A DNA stretch of 64,000 nt, from sequence record MZ475898.1. One strand, 5' to 3'. This document shows positions 18,623 to 28,571 of the stretch, piece by piece (position 1 is the stretch's first letter; each line of letters starts with the position of its first letter). Below the pieces are notes generated by a model that saw only the letters and a program-made list of their open reading frames with translations, ran no database searches and was not told the origin of the DNA. Position numbers and translations under genes: made by a program.

Positions 18623-19381
18623 ATGTCAAGAGTACAAACGTTGTTCATCCCTGAAGTTGAACGTTTTGAAGCGTATGTTAAGTCGTTGCTGCACATGGCA
18701 CGCACGCTAGATAACAGCGGTCGTCAATATGATCGCACGAAACATGTTGTCGTCGTTGGCTCAACAACTCGCACAGTCGAAGCCTACGTCAAAACAACAA
18801 TCGGCTCTAACACAGTTCCAGATGGCGTTTTCTGCCTCGGACTGAACCAAGCGCCTGACCTCTATAAGAAATATGACTTCGGCTCGGCTCATGTTGTACT
18901 GATGTTCGATCTGATGTATACGTCGGAGAGCGCAATCCAATCACTGGCCCACAGACTATTTGATATTATCCTGACGCTCAAGCAGCGACCAGAAGACAGA
19001 GAACTGAAAAACCTTCCGATACATATCGTTGGCCAGAACTGGAAGGTGTGGGATGCTATGATGGAGTCCGGTGCAGGCAACGCAGCAAACTACGAATGCT
19101 ATTCTAAGGGATTGCAGTTTGCGCCCAATCAAACTTTCGAAACAGCTTCATGCATCACGTTTGACCAGCTACTCACGCAGGACCCGAACACTTACGCCAA
19201 GCACGACATTTCGATTGGCCGAGAGTTCACCGTGATTGATCATGCTACGCTGATTCAAAAACTCCATAACATCAAATGGGTGTTGCAGTCGGGCCAGACA
19301 CAACACAAACTCATCCTCGACCACGCGTTTCAGCGCATTTTGTTCGAGCAATATCTCTGCTATGAGTTTCAGGGTCTTTAA
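18623..19381 (+). CDS. Hypothetical protein
   Basis: AGGAG RBS. Confidence 0.75.
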   Translation: MSRVQTLFIPEVERFEAYVKSLLHMARTLDNSGRQYDRTKHVVVVGSTTRTVEAYVKTTIGSNTVPDGVFCLGLNQAPDLYKKYDFGSAHVVLMFDLMYTSESAIQSLAHRLFDIILTLKQRPEDRELKNLPIHIVGQNWKVWDAMMESGAGNAANYECYSKGLQFAPNQTFETASCITFDQLLTQDPNTYAKHDISIGREFTVIDHATLIQKLHNIKWVLQSGQTQHKLILDHAFQRILFEQYLCYEFQGL

Positions 19382-19455
19382 GAATAATCTTAGTCCGCTA
19401 ACTAATTTAAAAACGTTGGCAAGTAGTGCTGACGTCTAGTTATCGGAGACATAAC

Positions 19456-19719
19456 GTGTACGAACGTAGCCTCGTGCGATTGAAGTACCACGCCAGAGCA
19501 CACCTCTGGTACAATAATACAGAACACGCTTGCAGTGAGCGGAAGGCTACTAATGTGCAATGTGAACAATTCTTGGAAGCAACCAAGAACTGTCGCTCTG
19601 TGCAGGAGTCGCCTAGTGTTGTTTCTTTCTACTCAGGAGCCGAGCTTGTTGGTCAAGCAATATGGCAGCATGATGCAGACAGTGACAGCACACTTCAATT
19701 CCGGCTTCTACTTGCGTAA
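19456..19719 (+). CDS. Hypothetical protein
   Basis: GGAG RBS before GTG at 19456. Confidence 0.5.
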   Translation: MYERSLVRLKYHARAHLWYNNTEHACSERKATNVQCEQFLEATKNCRSVQESPSVVSFYSGAELVGQAIWQHDADSDSTLQFRLLLA

Positions 19720-19783
19720 CATCCTAAAGGGCTTTCAGATACCTCTGGCGGCCCTTTATCATTTCAATACACGGAGAAAGCCA

Positions 19784-20050
19784 ATGTCTGTTCAGATTCA
19801 ACTGTCAGAGAAAAACCTCGACGATATTATGCAGCACTCCACCAGCCGCATCAGCCTGTCTGAGTTGAATGCGCGTCTGGCGCAAGATGAAATCATCATG
19901 CAGAACGTGCTGGTGGAACGCCCTGTAGGCGCCGGTGTGCCTATCACTGTCGTGCGTGATATTGTTGATCGCTATCTGGAGCTGATTCGCAATCCAGGTC
20001 CGATTGACGGTCAATGGCAGCCGCAAGAATACGCTATCGTGCAATACTGA
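19784..20050 (+). CDS. Hypothetical protein
   Basis: GGAG RBS before MSVQIQ; followed by a hairpin. Confidence 0.7.
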   Translation: MSVQIQLSEKNLDDIMQHSTSRISLSELNARLAQDEIIMQNVLVERPVGAGVPITVVRDIVDRYLELIRNPGPIDGQWQPQEYAIVQY

Positions 20051-20124
20051 TCTCATGGGTGCCTTAGGGCGCCCATATTCGTTTATATGCTAATTTCTAC
20101 CTACATTCAACTAGGAGAGACAGC

Positions 20125-20784
20125 ATGAAAATATTCGTTTCGCTGTCGGCCCCACAAAAACAAAAAGAACCGCCGATTGTAACTGAATCTGATCAAAAGA
20201 ATCCTCGCGTAAACGATAACAGCAAACTCGGTCAAGTGTTTGATGTGTTCGTGCTCCAGCAAATGTCCTATCTCGATATGAAAGAGATTCGTGGCTCTGC
20301 TGGTCCAAAGTACGCGCAGGTTATTGCCGACTGGCTCAACAGCCAACGCAGTATCGACAATAAGTTCCGTGTGTCTAAGCGCAGTAAGATCTCTATTGCT
20401 GTCAAGAACACCCAACAGCTTGCCGCTCGCTATACGGACATTTACCTGTTGAGTCCTGAGAGCAATAAAGAGCGTTCGTGGTTGCTTAAAGGCGAAGGCC
20501 CACAAGGCAACAACAAGACGATTGAGATTGGTCGTAATCTCTTATTAGACGTCCTATATGCTTCTGCTCTGACGTTGCTTGGTGCACACCTCGTAACAGA
20601 AGAATGGCCAGGCAACAGCACGTATGATCAAGTGTTGTTTGAAATGGACAAGCGAAGTAAACGTGGTAAAAGGATTGGTAAGCGCTACCCACGCATTGCC
20701 AAAGAAAATGAAAACACACTAATCACGATGATGCAGGACGGGTTGTCTATTGCAGAAATCACCGATTGGGTTCTGAAACAGTAA
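20125..20784 (+). CDS. Hypothetical protein
   Basis: AGGAG RBS. Confidence 0.75.
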   Translation: MKIFVSLSAPQKQKEPPIVTESDQKNPRVNDNSKLGQVFDVFVLQQMSYLDMKEIRGSAGPKYAQVIADWLNSQRSIDNKFRVSKRSKISIAVKNTQQLAARYTDIYLLSPESNKERSWLLKGEGPQGNNKTIEIGRNLLLDVLYASALTLLGAHLVTEEWPGNSTYDQVLFEMDKRSKRGKRIGKRYPRIAKENENTLITMMQDGLSIAEITDWVLKQ

Positions 20785-20793
20785 GAGGAATCT

Positions 20794-21606
20794 ATGTCAC
20801 TCGTAAAACTTCAAGGCGTCCCGTCCTTGTCCGCGCCTACCAAGGCCCAGAAAGATGCAGCTATCTATATGTTTGGCTCTAAAGGCCATTCTATCGTTGC
20901 TGTGTTGGATAAATTCAGTCGTGCCAAAGAAGTGCGTGCACCGCATCTCGATGGTCTGTTGAAGCTGATGAAGGAAGGCGAAGATGATGAGATCATCAAA
21001 TTCGTTTCATCTGCTGCCGGTAAGAAAGCTCTGGCTAACGCGAAAGTCTTTGCCGTTGCAAAGACACTGACCGCAAGCATCAAAGCACTGAAACTGATTC
21101 GCGTTCCGATGAAGTGGATCGACGGTCACTCGGATGTTGCTGCTGCACGCAACGAAGAAACCAAAGAGATTCGCGCACGCAAGACCGCGGGCAATCGTCC
21201 TGAGAAACCTATCAAGCTCGATAACCCGCAGGCACCTGCACCTGTTACTCCTAAGGCCAAGCCTGTTCACATCCCTTCTGGTAAGTCTGCTGACACGCTG
21301 GTTGATGAGATGGGGGAAATCGCTGCGCGTAAGATCTCAGGCAAGAGCCTGCAACAGCGTGAAGAGTATATGAATGCTCTCGGCTTTGTTATCCAGCGTA
21401 ATATTCCGCGTGCAAAAGTCAACGTCTCGGCTGATAGTGTTATGGTAACTAAAGGCTCCAAGATTTATACCATTGCATTGACCCCACAAGCGTGGACGCT
21501 GCAAGAAGGTGTGACTAAGAAACCTAAGCGCATCGGCACAACGTTCGACATTGTTGACCTGCTGTCCGCGATTGATTCTTCGTTCGCTCCTGTACTGATG
21601 AAGTAA
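20794..21606 (+). CDS. Hypothetical basic protein
   Basis: GAGGA RBS; K/A/P-rich central segment. Confidence 0.78.
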   Translation: MSLVKLQGVPSLSAPTKAQKDAAIYMFGSKGHSIVAVLDKFSRAKEVRAPHLDGLLKLMKEGEDDEIIKFVSSAAGKKALANAKVFAVAKTLTASIKALKLIRVPMKWIDGHSDVAAARNEETKEIRARKTAGNRPEKPIKLDNPQAPAPVTPKAKPVHIPSGKSADTLVDEMGEIAARKISGKSLQQREEYMNALGFVIQRNIPRAKVNVSADSVMVTKGSKIYTIALTPQAWTLQEGVTKKPKRIGTTFDIVDLLSAIDSSFAPVLMK

Positions 21607-21611
21607 CAACA

Positions 21612-21639
21612 AAAGGGTGGCCTAAGGGTCGCCCTTTTT
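21612..21639 (+). terminator. Intrinsic terminator
   Basis: AAAAGGGTGGCC-TAAG-GGTCGCCCTTTTT. Confidence 0.8.
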
Positions 21640-21861
21640 CGATCTATTTGCGTGCCAATCGTAAATAACCTTTCCTCTGCGTTGCCTCTCCTACTCCTGC
21701 CTCGACGTACACACGCTGCATACTCATTCCATTTGTCTCTACTAACTCTGGCTCTAACTCAAAACCTGCCTCAGTTTCCTGCTCACCTGATCGCTAATTC
21801 CTATCTGCAAGCCAAGTTCTTGCATACGCAAATTTGCTATTAGGTTAAGAGGAATATTCCC

Positions 21862-23700
21862 ATGATTGAAGTAAACTGTTTCGCAGATTTACGCACTACC
21901 GCTCCAGCAAAGGCTGGCGACATGGCGTTACTGAAACGTTACTATGACAAAGACAGTTCGTTTCGTGGGGGCGGCTACTTCATCGGCTTTCCGCAGACAA
22001 AAGATCTGCCTGCAGATGATGGTGGTATTACGGCAGTAGATGCAAACAAAAGTTTCTTCTGGAAGCGTGTTGTGAATGACCCAGAAGAGATTAACCTGTT
22101 CCACTTCGGTGGTCGCTGCGACGGCAAGACAGATGACAGTGACGCGTTCCTGCGTAACTTCATGTGGACGTGTAAGTCTGCTGACGGCAACGACACTATT
22201 GGTGTTCGCTTCCCGACAGGCACAACGTTGATCAACCCTATCGATCTTACTCACTTGGGTGAGATACCTGTGTTCGCTATCTATGGTGACACACGTTCTG
22301 ATAAGGGCTGGCGTCCTCGTGTCAAGCTGATCAGTAACCAAGGCGAAGCTACTGTATTCAAGTTCAACGCTCGCCGCACTATTGTTCGTGGCCTGAACTG
22401 GAACGGTCAGTGCTATCCTGTGAAGGACGGCAAGAAGGTAGACGTGTCCACGATCGTGGGTGCTGTCATGCCTGAGCAGCGTTCAAACAATCAGATCTTC
22501 CTTGAGAACATCTGTACTATGGGTCAGTACATTGGCGTACAGTGCTTCCGTGCTGAGAGCAACGGCGGATCTGCATTGAAGTTCCAAGACACCATCGATA
22601 CTTCTATCACAGAGATCTATGGCAGTAAGAGCTACGGTGCTGTGATTGAGGCCAAGTGGTCGAACACAGTGCAGGCAGGTTGGAACCACTCTACTGCTGT
22701 GCGCTTAGAGAACGGTAACTTCCAGTACGGCTACGGCCCTGCTGTGTTAGACATGCCGCGTATGACTCAGGCGTTCATGAAGAACGTCTGGATTGAACAC
22801 ACGCGCTTCCCAGGTAATATGAATGATGGTCAATGGGTGCTTGAAGGTAACTCTATTGAGAGTTCTGACAACCCACTCAATCTGGCCAACACTCGTTGCG
22901 TGATCAATGGCTACTACTTCCAAGGCGTTGGGACAATGAACTTGGAACGTGCGTCAAGCCCTGACAACTGGCTGAGTGGCTACGAGCGCGGCAACATTCG
23001 TACTGAAACATACGGTATCATCATGACCGATGCTTGCTTCCGCGCAGGCTATTACACGGGTTATAAGATTACCAACAATACAGATCAGGACAAATGGTTC
23101 TATCTGGGCAGCTATTCATTCCCGAAAGTGAATCAAGTGTGGCAGATTGAACTTCTGGGTACTGCACCAAACGTTGTACCGAACACGAAGCTGCAACAGC
23201 CTACACAGATGGATGGCATGGGTCGTCGTGTTATCACAATGCAACGCTGTATCTCACCGCAGAAGAAAGTGTATGCTGATATGCACATGGAAGGAACGGA
23301 CGCAATCGCCGATGTTGTGTACCAGCGTCTGTGGGAAGACTACGGCAAGGTGTGGGTTAAGCTGAAAGCCAACAGTGGCGATACTATCTTCAACCTGACC
23401 ACCACTGGTCCGACTCGTTTCGAAGCAGGTGTTTGTACGTTGTTCAGCGACGGTCCAATTGAATGCGTGGATCCCGTTCTGACCGAGATGACCACCAGTG
23501 TCGAAAAGAATCAGAAGGACTATGCGCGACCTCAGGCTCGTTTCAGTTTGCACAATGGCCTTGCAGGTGTAGGCGCAAACGAGCAGGGTCTCATCACTAT
23601 TCAAACCAAAGACGCTACAGCACCGAAAGATACCACTAAGCCTGCTGGCTATGTGAGTGTCAATATCAACGGTGTTGATCGTCTCTTGCCTTACTACTAA
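21862..23700 (+). CDS. AmsF/WceF-like tailspike-fold (beta-helix) protein; candidate EPS-binding/depolymerase
   Basis: N-terminal YY...GGG-x-F, DDGG, WKRV, NLFHFG...DGKTDD head motifs; Asn/Gly-rich body; C-terminal GYVSVNINGVDRLLPYY. Confidence 0.7.
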   Translation: MIEVNCFADLRTTAPAKAGDMALLKRYYDKDSSFRGGGYFIGFPQTKDLPADDGGITAVDANKSFFWKRVVNDPEEINLFHFGGRCDGKTDDSDAFLRNFMWTCKSADGNDTIGVRFPTGTTLINPIDLTHLGEIPVFAIYGDTRSDKGWRPRVKLISNQGEATVFKFNARRTIVRGLNWNGQCYPVKDGKKVDVSTIVGAVMPEQRSNNQIFLENICTMGQYIGVQCFRAESNGGSALKFQDTIDTSITEIYGSKSYGAVIEAKWSNTVQAGWNHSTAVRLENGNFQYGYGPAVLDMPRMTQAFMKNVWIEHTRFPGNMNDGQWVLEGNSIESSDNPLNLANTRCVINGYYFQGVGTMNLERASSPDNWLSGYERGNIRTETYGIIMTDACFRAGYYTGYKITNNTDQDKWFYLGSYSFPKVNQVWQIELLGTAPNVVPNTKLQQPTQMDGMGRRVITMQRCISPQKKVYADMHMEGTDAIADVVYQRLWEDYGKVWVKLKANSGDTIFNLTTTGPTRFEAGVCTLFSDGPIECVDPVLTEMTTSVEKNQKDYARPQARFSLHNGLAGVGANEQGLITIQTKDATAPKDTTKPAGYVSVNINGVDRLLPYY

Positions 23701-23795
23701 CAGACGAGGGGCGCAATGCCCCTCAACTAAGTCAAATCTCTGTACTCTCCCTAACTCAAATAAGATACGCCGCACAGCGTACTATGCACTAATAA

Positions 23796-23838
23796 GGTCA
23801 AAATGACCATTCTCTGTGATATGCGCCTATGCTATAAT
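23796..23838 (+). promoter_or_regulatory. Early-type promoter (GGTCAAAA, 29 nt, TATAAT with TG extension)
   Basis: Member of an 11-copy motif. Confidence 0.75.
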
Positions 23839-23884
23839 AGTTGCGAGCGCATTGCTCAATACAATCATGCTGAGGAGCATAACA

Positions 23885-24226
23885 ATGAACGCATCTACTT
23901 TCGATTTTTCTATCATCTGCACCGAGAGCTTCAACATTAACGAGCTGAACAAAATCGCCGTTGAGCTGAATAAGCTGATCACTAACTCGCAGATCAAAAT
24001 TGAAGCCGCAGAAATCGACGATGAAGGCGCCGAGTGTATTCTTCTGGCTGTCGGTCTTGATGAAGACGGCGAAGAGACTGGCGAGAACGGCTACTCCCTG
24101 CATCTGGACAACGGCGACTATCAGATCGTGTATCTCGGCGTGCCGCATCCTGACTTCGATAAGCACGAACTTGCGACCAGCGACTTTGAGTTGTTCATCA
24201 AATCAGTGAACGGCCTTGAGTTCTAA
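23885..24226 (+). CDS. Hypothetical acidic protein
   Basis: GAGGAG RBS before MNAST. Confidence 0.75.
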   Translation: MNASTFDFSIICTESFNINELNKIAVELNKLITNSQIKIEAAEIDDEGAECILLAVGLDEDGEETGENGYSLHLDNGDYQIVYLGVPHPDFDKHELATSDFELFIKSVNGLEF

Positions 24227-24236
24227 GCATTGATCT

Positions 24237-24279
24237 GGCAGAAATCGCCGTTGTGTTTAGACGCTCAACGGCATACTAT
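24237..24279 (+). promoter_or_regulatory. Early-type promoter (GGCAGAAA, 29 nt, TACTAT)
   Basis: Same spacing as the other copies; followed by the TAGCGC/GCGCTA hairpin. Confidence 0.6.
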
Positions 24280-24328
24280 TATGTCTCTAGCGCAATGACG
24301 CGCTACAACAACGAAAGAGAGAAACAAC

Positions 24329-24583
24329 ATGAGCGAAGACGTTAAAGTAACAATCGACTTAGTAGCTGACTTTGTATCACGCACCGAAGTTGTGTTTGAA
24401 GACGGTCAATCATCTAATGACTGGCTCGCGCCGTATGATCTGCGCCTGAACGTAACTGAGCCTCAAGGGCCGAACGGCTACCCCGAAGTTGAAATCGTCG
24501 GCCAGCGCGATAACGTCTTGCGCTTCTTTGATGAGCAGATGCCTGACAGCGACATTACAGAAGACTCGCTTGAATCTGCATAA
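24329..24583 (+). CDS. Hypothetical acidic protein
   Basis: ORF downstream of promoter. Confidence 0.7.
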   Translation: MSEDVKVTIDLVADFVSRTEVVFEDGQSSNDWLAPYDLRLNVTEPQGPNGYPEVEIVGQRDNVLRFFDEQMPDSDITEDSLESA

Positions 24584-24642
24584 GCAACAAACAACACTGT
24601 GGCGTTACGGCGCCACTTTTCTATTTCTGATCTGAGGTCAAT

Positions 24643-25182
24643 ATGAAACAAAAATTCTTATTCTTGCGCATGAGCCGACACGAGCTGAATCAGCATTTGT
24701 TTTTACTTCGTGGCATGAGCCGTGAGCGTCTTGAATCATTCACTGGTATTATCGCCGTTGTCAAAGACGATACGACGATGGCGAACATCGATGATACTGA
24801 CCTGTATTATTTCAGCGAAGTAACAGCCGAAGAGACAACATCAGAGACGCAACAAACCTGGTGGAACCTGATTCATTACTACGACAATCAGATTGCTATC
24901 GGCTCACTCCCACGTATAGAGCCGCTGCTGCCTGACGATTTAGTTGAGCGCATCAAAACAACTCGCAGCAATCGCTTCTACTACGAGTTCGATACGCAAA
25001 TGCCAGAAGTGTTGGCCACTGTTGATCTTGACCTACACTTCTTACCGTCTGCCGCTCAGCCTCGTGTGAAGAAGCCTAAAGAAGAACAGCCAGAAGTTAA
25101 TCCCCTGGCCGCATACACAGTCGAACAACTGTGTGCCGAACTGCGTACTCGCCTGAGTGCAAAAATCACTATCGAATTTTAA
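24643..25182 (+). CDS. Hypothetical protein
   Basis: GAGG RBS. Confidence 0.75.
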   Translation: MKQKFLFLRMSRHELNQHLFLLRGMSRERLESFTGIIAVVKDDTTMANIDDTDLYYFSEVTAEETTSETQQTWWNLIHYYDNQIAIGSLPRIEPLLPDDLVERIKTTRSNRFYYEFDTQMPEVLATVDLDLHFLPSAAQPRVKKPKEEQPEVNPLAAYTVEQLCAELRTRLSAKITIEF

Positions 25183-25223
25183 TCAACTAGCACAGGGACG
25201 TGCCTCTAACTGAGATCAAAACT

Positions 25224-25829
25224 ATGTTCACCAAAGCATTCTTCTTCAAAACTAACTACTCTGTATTGGCCGAAGGTGAGTTCGCGCTGCCTGTTGACTC
25301 ACTGACCTCTCTCGTCAACTCGCGCATTTTCATCTGCATCACAGAAGACAACCTGCGCTTTGCACTGACCAACATCACTGTGCAGCCGATTCGCAATGGC
25401 TTCTTGCGCGTTGGCTTCGAGCCGAAGACTGACGTGAATGCAATCACTACTCCAATCATCACGCCTAAAACGATGTGGAGCGAATATGATTTTGATGCGT
25501 GCAGTGTTGAAAACATCCCGTCATTCAATATCAGTACGCATGAAGACAAGAACAACGAACAACTGATTGCACTGTCATATGACCTTCGTATGGCTCTCAT
25601 GCATTATCGTGAAGGCATGTACTGCGTGACCGACATCGTTTTGCGTCTGCATGAGTATGGCATCTTTGTCGTAGACATTGATCAGAATCTCAAGGCTGCT
25701 CTCTCGCCTATCGCCGTGCTTAGCGAACGACCTACACATGCGATTAGTCTGAGCAAAGACAACGGTGTGCTGTCTCGCATTGATGACTTCGAACTGCCTG
25801 ATCTCGCCAAACTGATCGTCCTACTGTAA
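25224..25829 (+). CDS. Hypothetical protein
   Basis: ATG at 25224. Confidence 0.7.
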   Translation: MFTKAFFFKTNYSVLAEGEFALPVDSLTSLVNSRIFICITEDNLRFALTNITVQPIRNGFLRVGFEPKTDVNAITTPIITPKTMWSEYDFDACSVENIPSFNISTHEDKNNEQLIALSYDLRMALMHYREGMYCVTDIVLRLHEYGIFVVDIDQNLKAALSPIAVLSERPTHAISLSKDNGVLSRIDDFELPDLAKLIVLL

Positions 25830-25881
25830 ACAAACAACTCTAGCCTCGCATCGTGCGGGGCTTTCTGCTTTGGAGAACACC

Positions 25882-26142
25882 ATGTATCAATATGACCGCG
25901 ATGAATTGAATGATCTGCCGCTTGACGTGCTGCATAGCGAAGCTGAAAAGCGTGGCTTGCTCGCTGACCTGGACGACGATGATGATTGTCCTGACCGTGC
26001 AGTGCTGGTGGGCATGATCCTTGATGATCAGAACGAGCGCAATGCCGAAAACGAAGAGGAAGAGCAGCGCCGTCAGATGCAAGATGACGCTGACGATCAC
26101 CGTCGCATGTTAGACGAACGCGACGGCTCAGACGACTGCTAA
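25882..26142 (+). CDS. Small acidic protein with a Rho-N/HeH-like module
   Basis: ELNDLPLDVLHSEAEKRGL...DRAVLVGMIL; GGAG RBS. Confidence 0.65.
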   Translation: MYQYDRDELNDLPLDVLHSEAEKRGLLADLDDDDDCPDRAVLVGMILDDQNERNAENEEEEQRRQMQDDADDHRRMLDERDGSDDC

Positions 26143-26143
26143 C

Positions 26144-26482
26144 ATGCTATACTCTGGGCAGCAATACGATACACTCAGTCCTGACCAGTTGAATGAGTGT
26201 TTCAATCTGATTGAAAGTTGCATGGTGGCCTCTGGCTGTCGTGGCTTTCAAATAGTGTTATCACCATCTGGTCATGGCGATTGTCGTAGCGTCGTCCACA
26301 TTCAGCATCCACAGTATGCAGGTCACATTGAGTTCCCCTCAGTTGACCGTGATACTTTTCGTGTAACACTCGTCGCAACACGCGGTTGCTATGACAGCCG
26401 CACAGTGTTCGTACCAAATTCAGATACAGCCTATTCAGTGATAGGTCTGTATCTCTCAAACTTTATAGGGGCTACAAAATGA
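26144..26482 (+). CDS. Hypothetical protein
   Basis: Translationally coupled. Confidence 0.65.
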   Translation: MLYSGQQYDTLSPDQLNECFNLIESCMVASGCRGFQIVLSPSGHGDCRSVVHIQHPQYAGHIEFPSVDRDTFRVTLVATRGCYDSRTVFVPNSDTAYSVIGLYLSNFIGATK

Positions 26483-26823
26483 AACGCCGTGTTATTCTTA
26501 TTGAGCAGTCAGAGTTCACGGGTGACCCTCTGGTGTTCCCCACCGCTTTCAATTTCACAGGCATTGACGTTGTGGTGCTTGTGACAGTGACGCATCAAGA
26601 CTTTGGTGGTGTGAAGTTTCACGACACCTATCGTGTGAACGAGATGCGTGTAAGTGAACACACAGATCCCCTGCGTCAGGAGATTGAGATTGTAGAGTAC
26701 AGCAAACTGCCGAACAAGGAAGAAGACTTCCAGGCGCTGCTTGCTGTCGATTACTTCGACGAAGAGATCGCAGAACGTGACCTGCGTCTGTACGATACAC
26801 CAACCACAATCGTCACTGCGTAA
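26479..26823 (+). CDS. Hypothetical protein
   Basis: ATGA overlap; followed by a terminator. Confidence 0.7.
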   Translation: MKRRVILIEQSEFTGDPLVFPTAFNFTGIDVVVLVTVTHQDFGGVKFHDTYRVNEMRVSEHTDPLRQEIEIVEYSKLPNKEEDFQALLAVDYFDEEIAERDLRLYDTPTTIVTA

Positions 26824-26830
26824 TAACCTT

Positions 26831-26863
26831 AGGGCTGCCATCTTGGTGGCCCTTTTTTGTTTT
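26831..26863 (+). terminator. Intrinsic terminator
   Basis: AGGGCTGCCA-TCT-TGGTGGCCCT followed by TTTTTGTTTT. Confidence 0.8.
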
Positions 26864-26906
26864 CTGTAAACTACACGCACAATCCCAACAATGCGAGAAC
26901 GCACAG

Positions 26907-27281
26907 ATGCCAAAGCGCCGCTTTTATTTGATGTTCTTTATCAGTCAGGCAGAACTCGACGCCAAGACTTTCTATCAACACAACATGCGCATCCTGACAA
27001 CGATACGCCGCACACGCTGCATCTTCCTTGTGGTCAGAGAGACTGGTGAAGTCTATGTGCCAGGCAGCGCCGTGTATCAGTCTGCAATCGAAGAAGATCT
27101 GACGCAGATGGTCTTTGACGATCTGCACAAGGTCACCGAGTCTGTGAATGCCGTTGAGTCATTCGCTCAGGCTATCGCAGTAAACAAAAACGATAAGACA
27201 GTTCGCTACTGCGGCCGCAATCCAGAGGTGAGTGTCGTCTTCTTTGATCGCATGTTCACGAAAGTGGAGGTTCATATATGA
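26907..27281 (+). CDS. Hypothetical protein
   Basis: ORF in operon. Confidence 0.65.
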   Translation: MPKRRFYLMFFISQAELDAKTFYQHNMRILTTIRRTRCIFLVVRETGEVYVPGSAVYQSAIEEDLTQMVFDDLHKVTESVNAVESFAQAIAVNKNDKTVRYCGRNPEVSVVFFDRMFTKVEVHI

Positions 27282-27553
27282 GTTACGATCCGCCTAAGCC
27301 AACTACGTCTCTTGGCGCTTCCCTTGCTTCACGTTGTGCGCACTCGACCCGAGAGAAAGCAAACAAGACGCGCAAGAAGTATCCCGCAACAAAGACTGTG
27401 GTCGCTACGCTGACAGCACCTATGCACGCCGCTGTGCAACGTCTGGCCAACAAGCGCAATGTGTCTATTCAACGTTGCTTAGTCAACATGCTCGAAGCCG
27501 AGTTGGCGAAAGAGGGTATCACTTACGCTAAAGAACAGGACGAAGACGAATGA
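27278..27553 (+). CDS. Putative ribbon-helix-helix (Arc/CopG-like) DNA-binding protein
   Basis: VVATLTAPMHAAVQRLANKRNVSIQRCLVNML beta-alpha-alpha pattern; GGAGG RBS. Confidence 0.5.
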   Translation: MSYDPPKPTTSLGASLASRCAHSTREKANKTRKKYPATKTVVATLTAPMHAAVQRLANKRNVSIQRCLVNMLEAELAKEGITYAKEQDEDE

Positions 27554-28185
27554 AACGTTTAGGTACAGTCATGGCGTTAGGTCTAAAAGACAAAGCGCCA
27601 AAGAATACTGACCTCGACATTACGCCCGTTTCGAAAGATGCAGAATGGGGCTCTTTGAGTCCCTTTCACTTGGGGCCGTGTCGAAGCGCAGATGGTATTA
27701 TGTTCCACAACTTCGAAAACCTCTGGCAGTATAGCAAGGTCTACGAAGAACATTTGGAGAACACAAACCTCATCCTCGCTGGAGAGATAAACTCTGATTG
27801 GTATCAGTGGCATCTTAAAGGTGCAAGATCAAAACAGGCGCATCGCTATCCTATGGGAAAAGGCCAGAAGGCTTTATTCTCCAGATGGGGCGACTTGCGC
27901 CTTTCGTACATTCCCGCACGTAAACAGATCTATGTTCCAGGCTATGCCGAGCTACTTCTGCCTCAAAAGAAATTCAAACAACTCCTCAAGCAATACAAGG
28001 CCGGCGCCAACATAATCGTCCGGGACTACGACACCTACGATCTGCTGAAAGCCTATCCCAATTCTAATCGCATGTGGCTTGATGCTCTCAACAACCCAAA
28101 CGCCAAGTTCGGTCACAGTTTCGTGATCGCCCTTGCTCTCATACTGCACGACAGACCTCTATGGTACAATCAATGGGTGATATAA
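27550..28185 (+). CDS. DUF6939-like protein, possible NADAR/YbiA-like fold
   Basis: LSPF...FENLWQYSKVY...ARKQIYVPGY pattern. Confidence 0.5.
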   Translation: MKRLGTVMALGLKDKAPKNTDLDITPVSKDAEWGSLSPFHLGPCRSADGIMFHNFENLWQYSKVYEEHLENTNLILAGEINSDWYQWHLKGARSKQAHRYPMGKGQKALFSRWGDLRLSYIPARKQIYVPGYAELLLPQKKFKQLLKQYKAGANIIVRDYDTYDLLKAYPNSNRMWLDALNNPNAKFGHSFVIALALILHDRPLWYNQWVI

Positions 28186-28484
28186 TCTACGAATGGGTCC
28201 ACGACCTTGAAGGTAACGAAAGTCAGAATCTGCCTATCTTACCTCCAGACATTTATGCGTATGTGCGCGATGCCGTTACTGGCGCACGTACCCCAATCAA
28301 CTTTGAAGGCCGCACTGAGTTGCAGCGTCAAGACAAGAAAGTCATAGGCATTGTCTACTGGTCTAATCGAGCTAATCTGATTTCATGGACGGGCGTCGAG
28401 CGCTTTCGTTTTACGCTGTATGTAGTACGCGCCGCACGTAAGTCAAATGAGCAACATGAGGAAGCTCAAGTCTGCACTAATTAG
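28161..28484 (+). CDS. Hypothetical protein
   Basis: ORF between genes; start uncertain. Confidence 0.55.
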   Translation: MVQSMGDIIYEWVHDLEGNESQNLPILPPDIYAYVRDAVTGARTPINFEGRTELQRQDKKVIGIVYWSNRANLISWTGVERFRFTLYVVRAARKSNEQHEEAQVCTN

Positions 28485-28526
28485 GCTGAAATAGCTATCG
28501 CGCATAATACGCTCCTGTGCTATACT
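28484..28526 (+). promoter_or_regulatory. Early-type promoter (GGCTGAAA, 29 nt, TATACT with TG extension)
   Basis: 11-copy motif. Confidence 0.7.
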
Positions 28527-28571
28527 CATAGACGAAGCAACACATAATCTATTCACGCTAAGGAGCGTACT

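Noticed and set aside
21641-21860. 63-aa + strand ORF (21652..21843) and short - strand ORFs
   Set aside because: No RBS, atypical composition and no support; left as non-coding.
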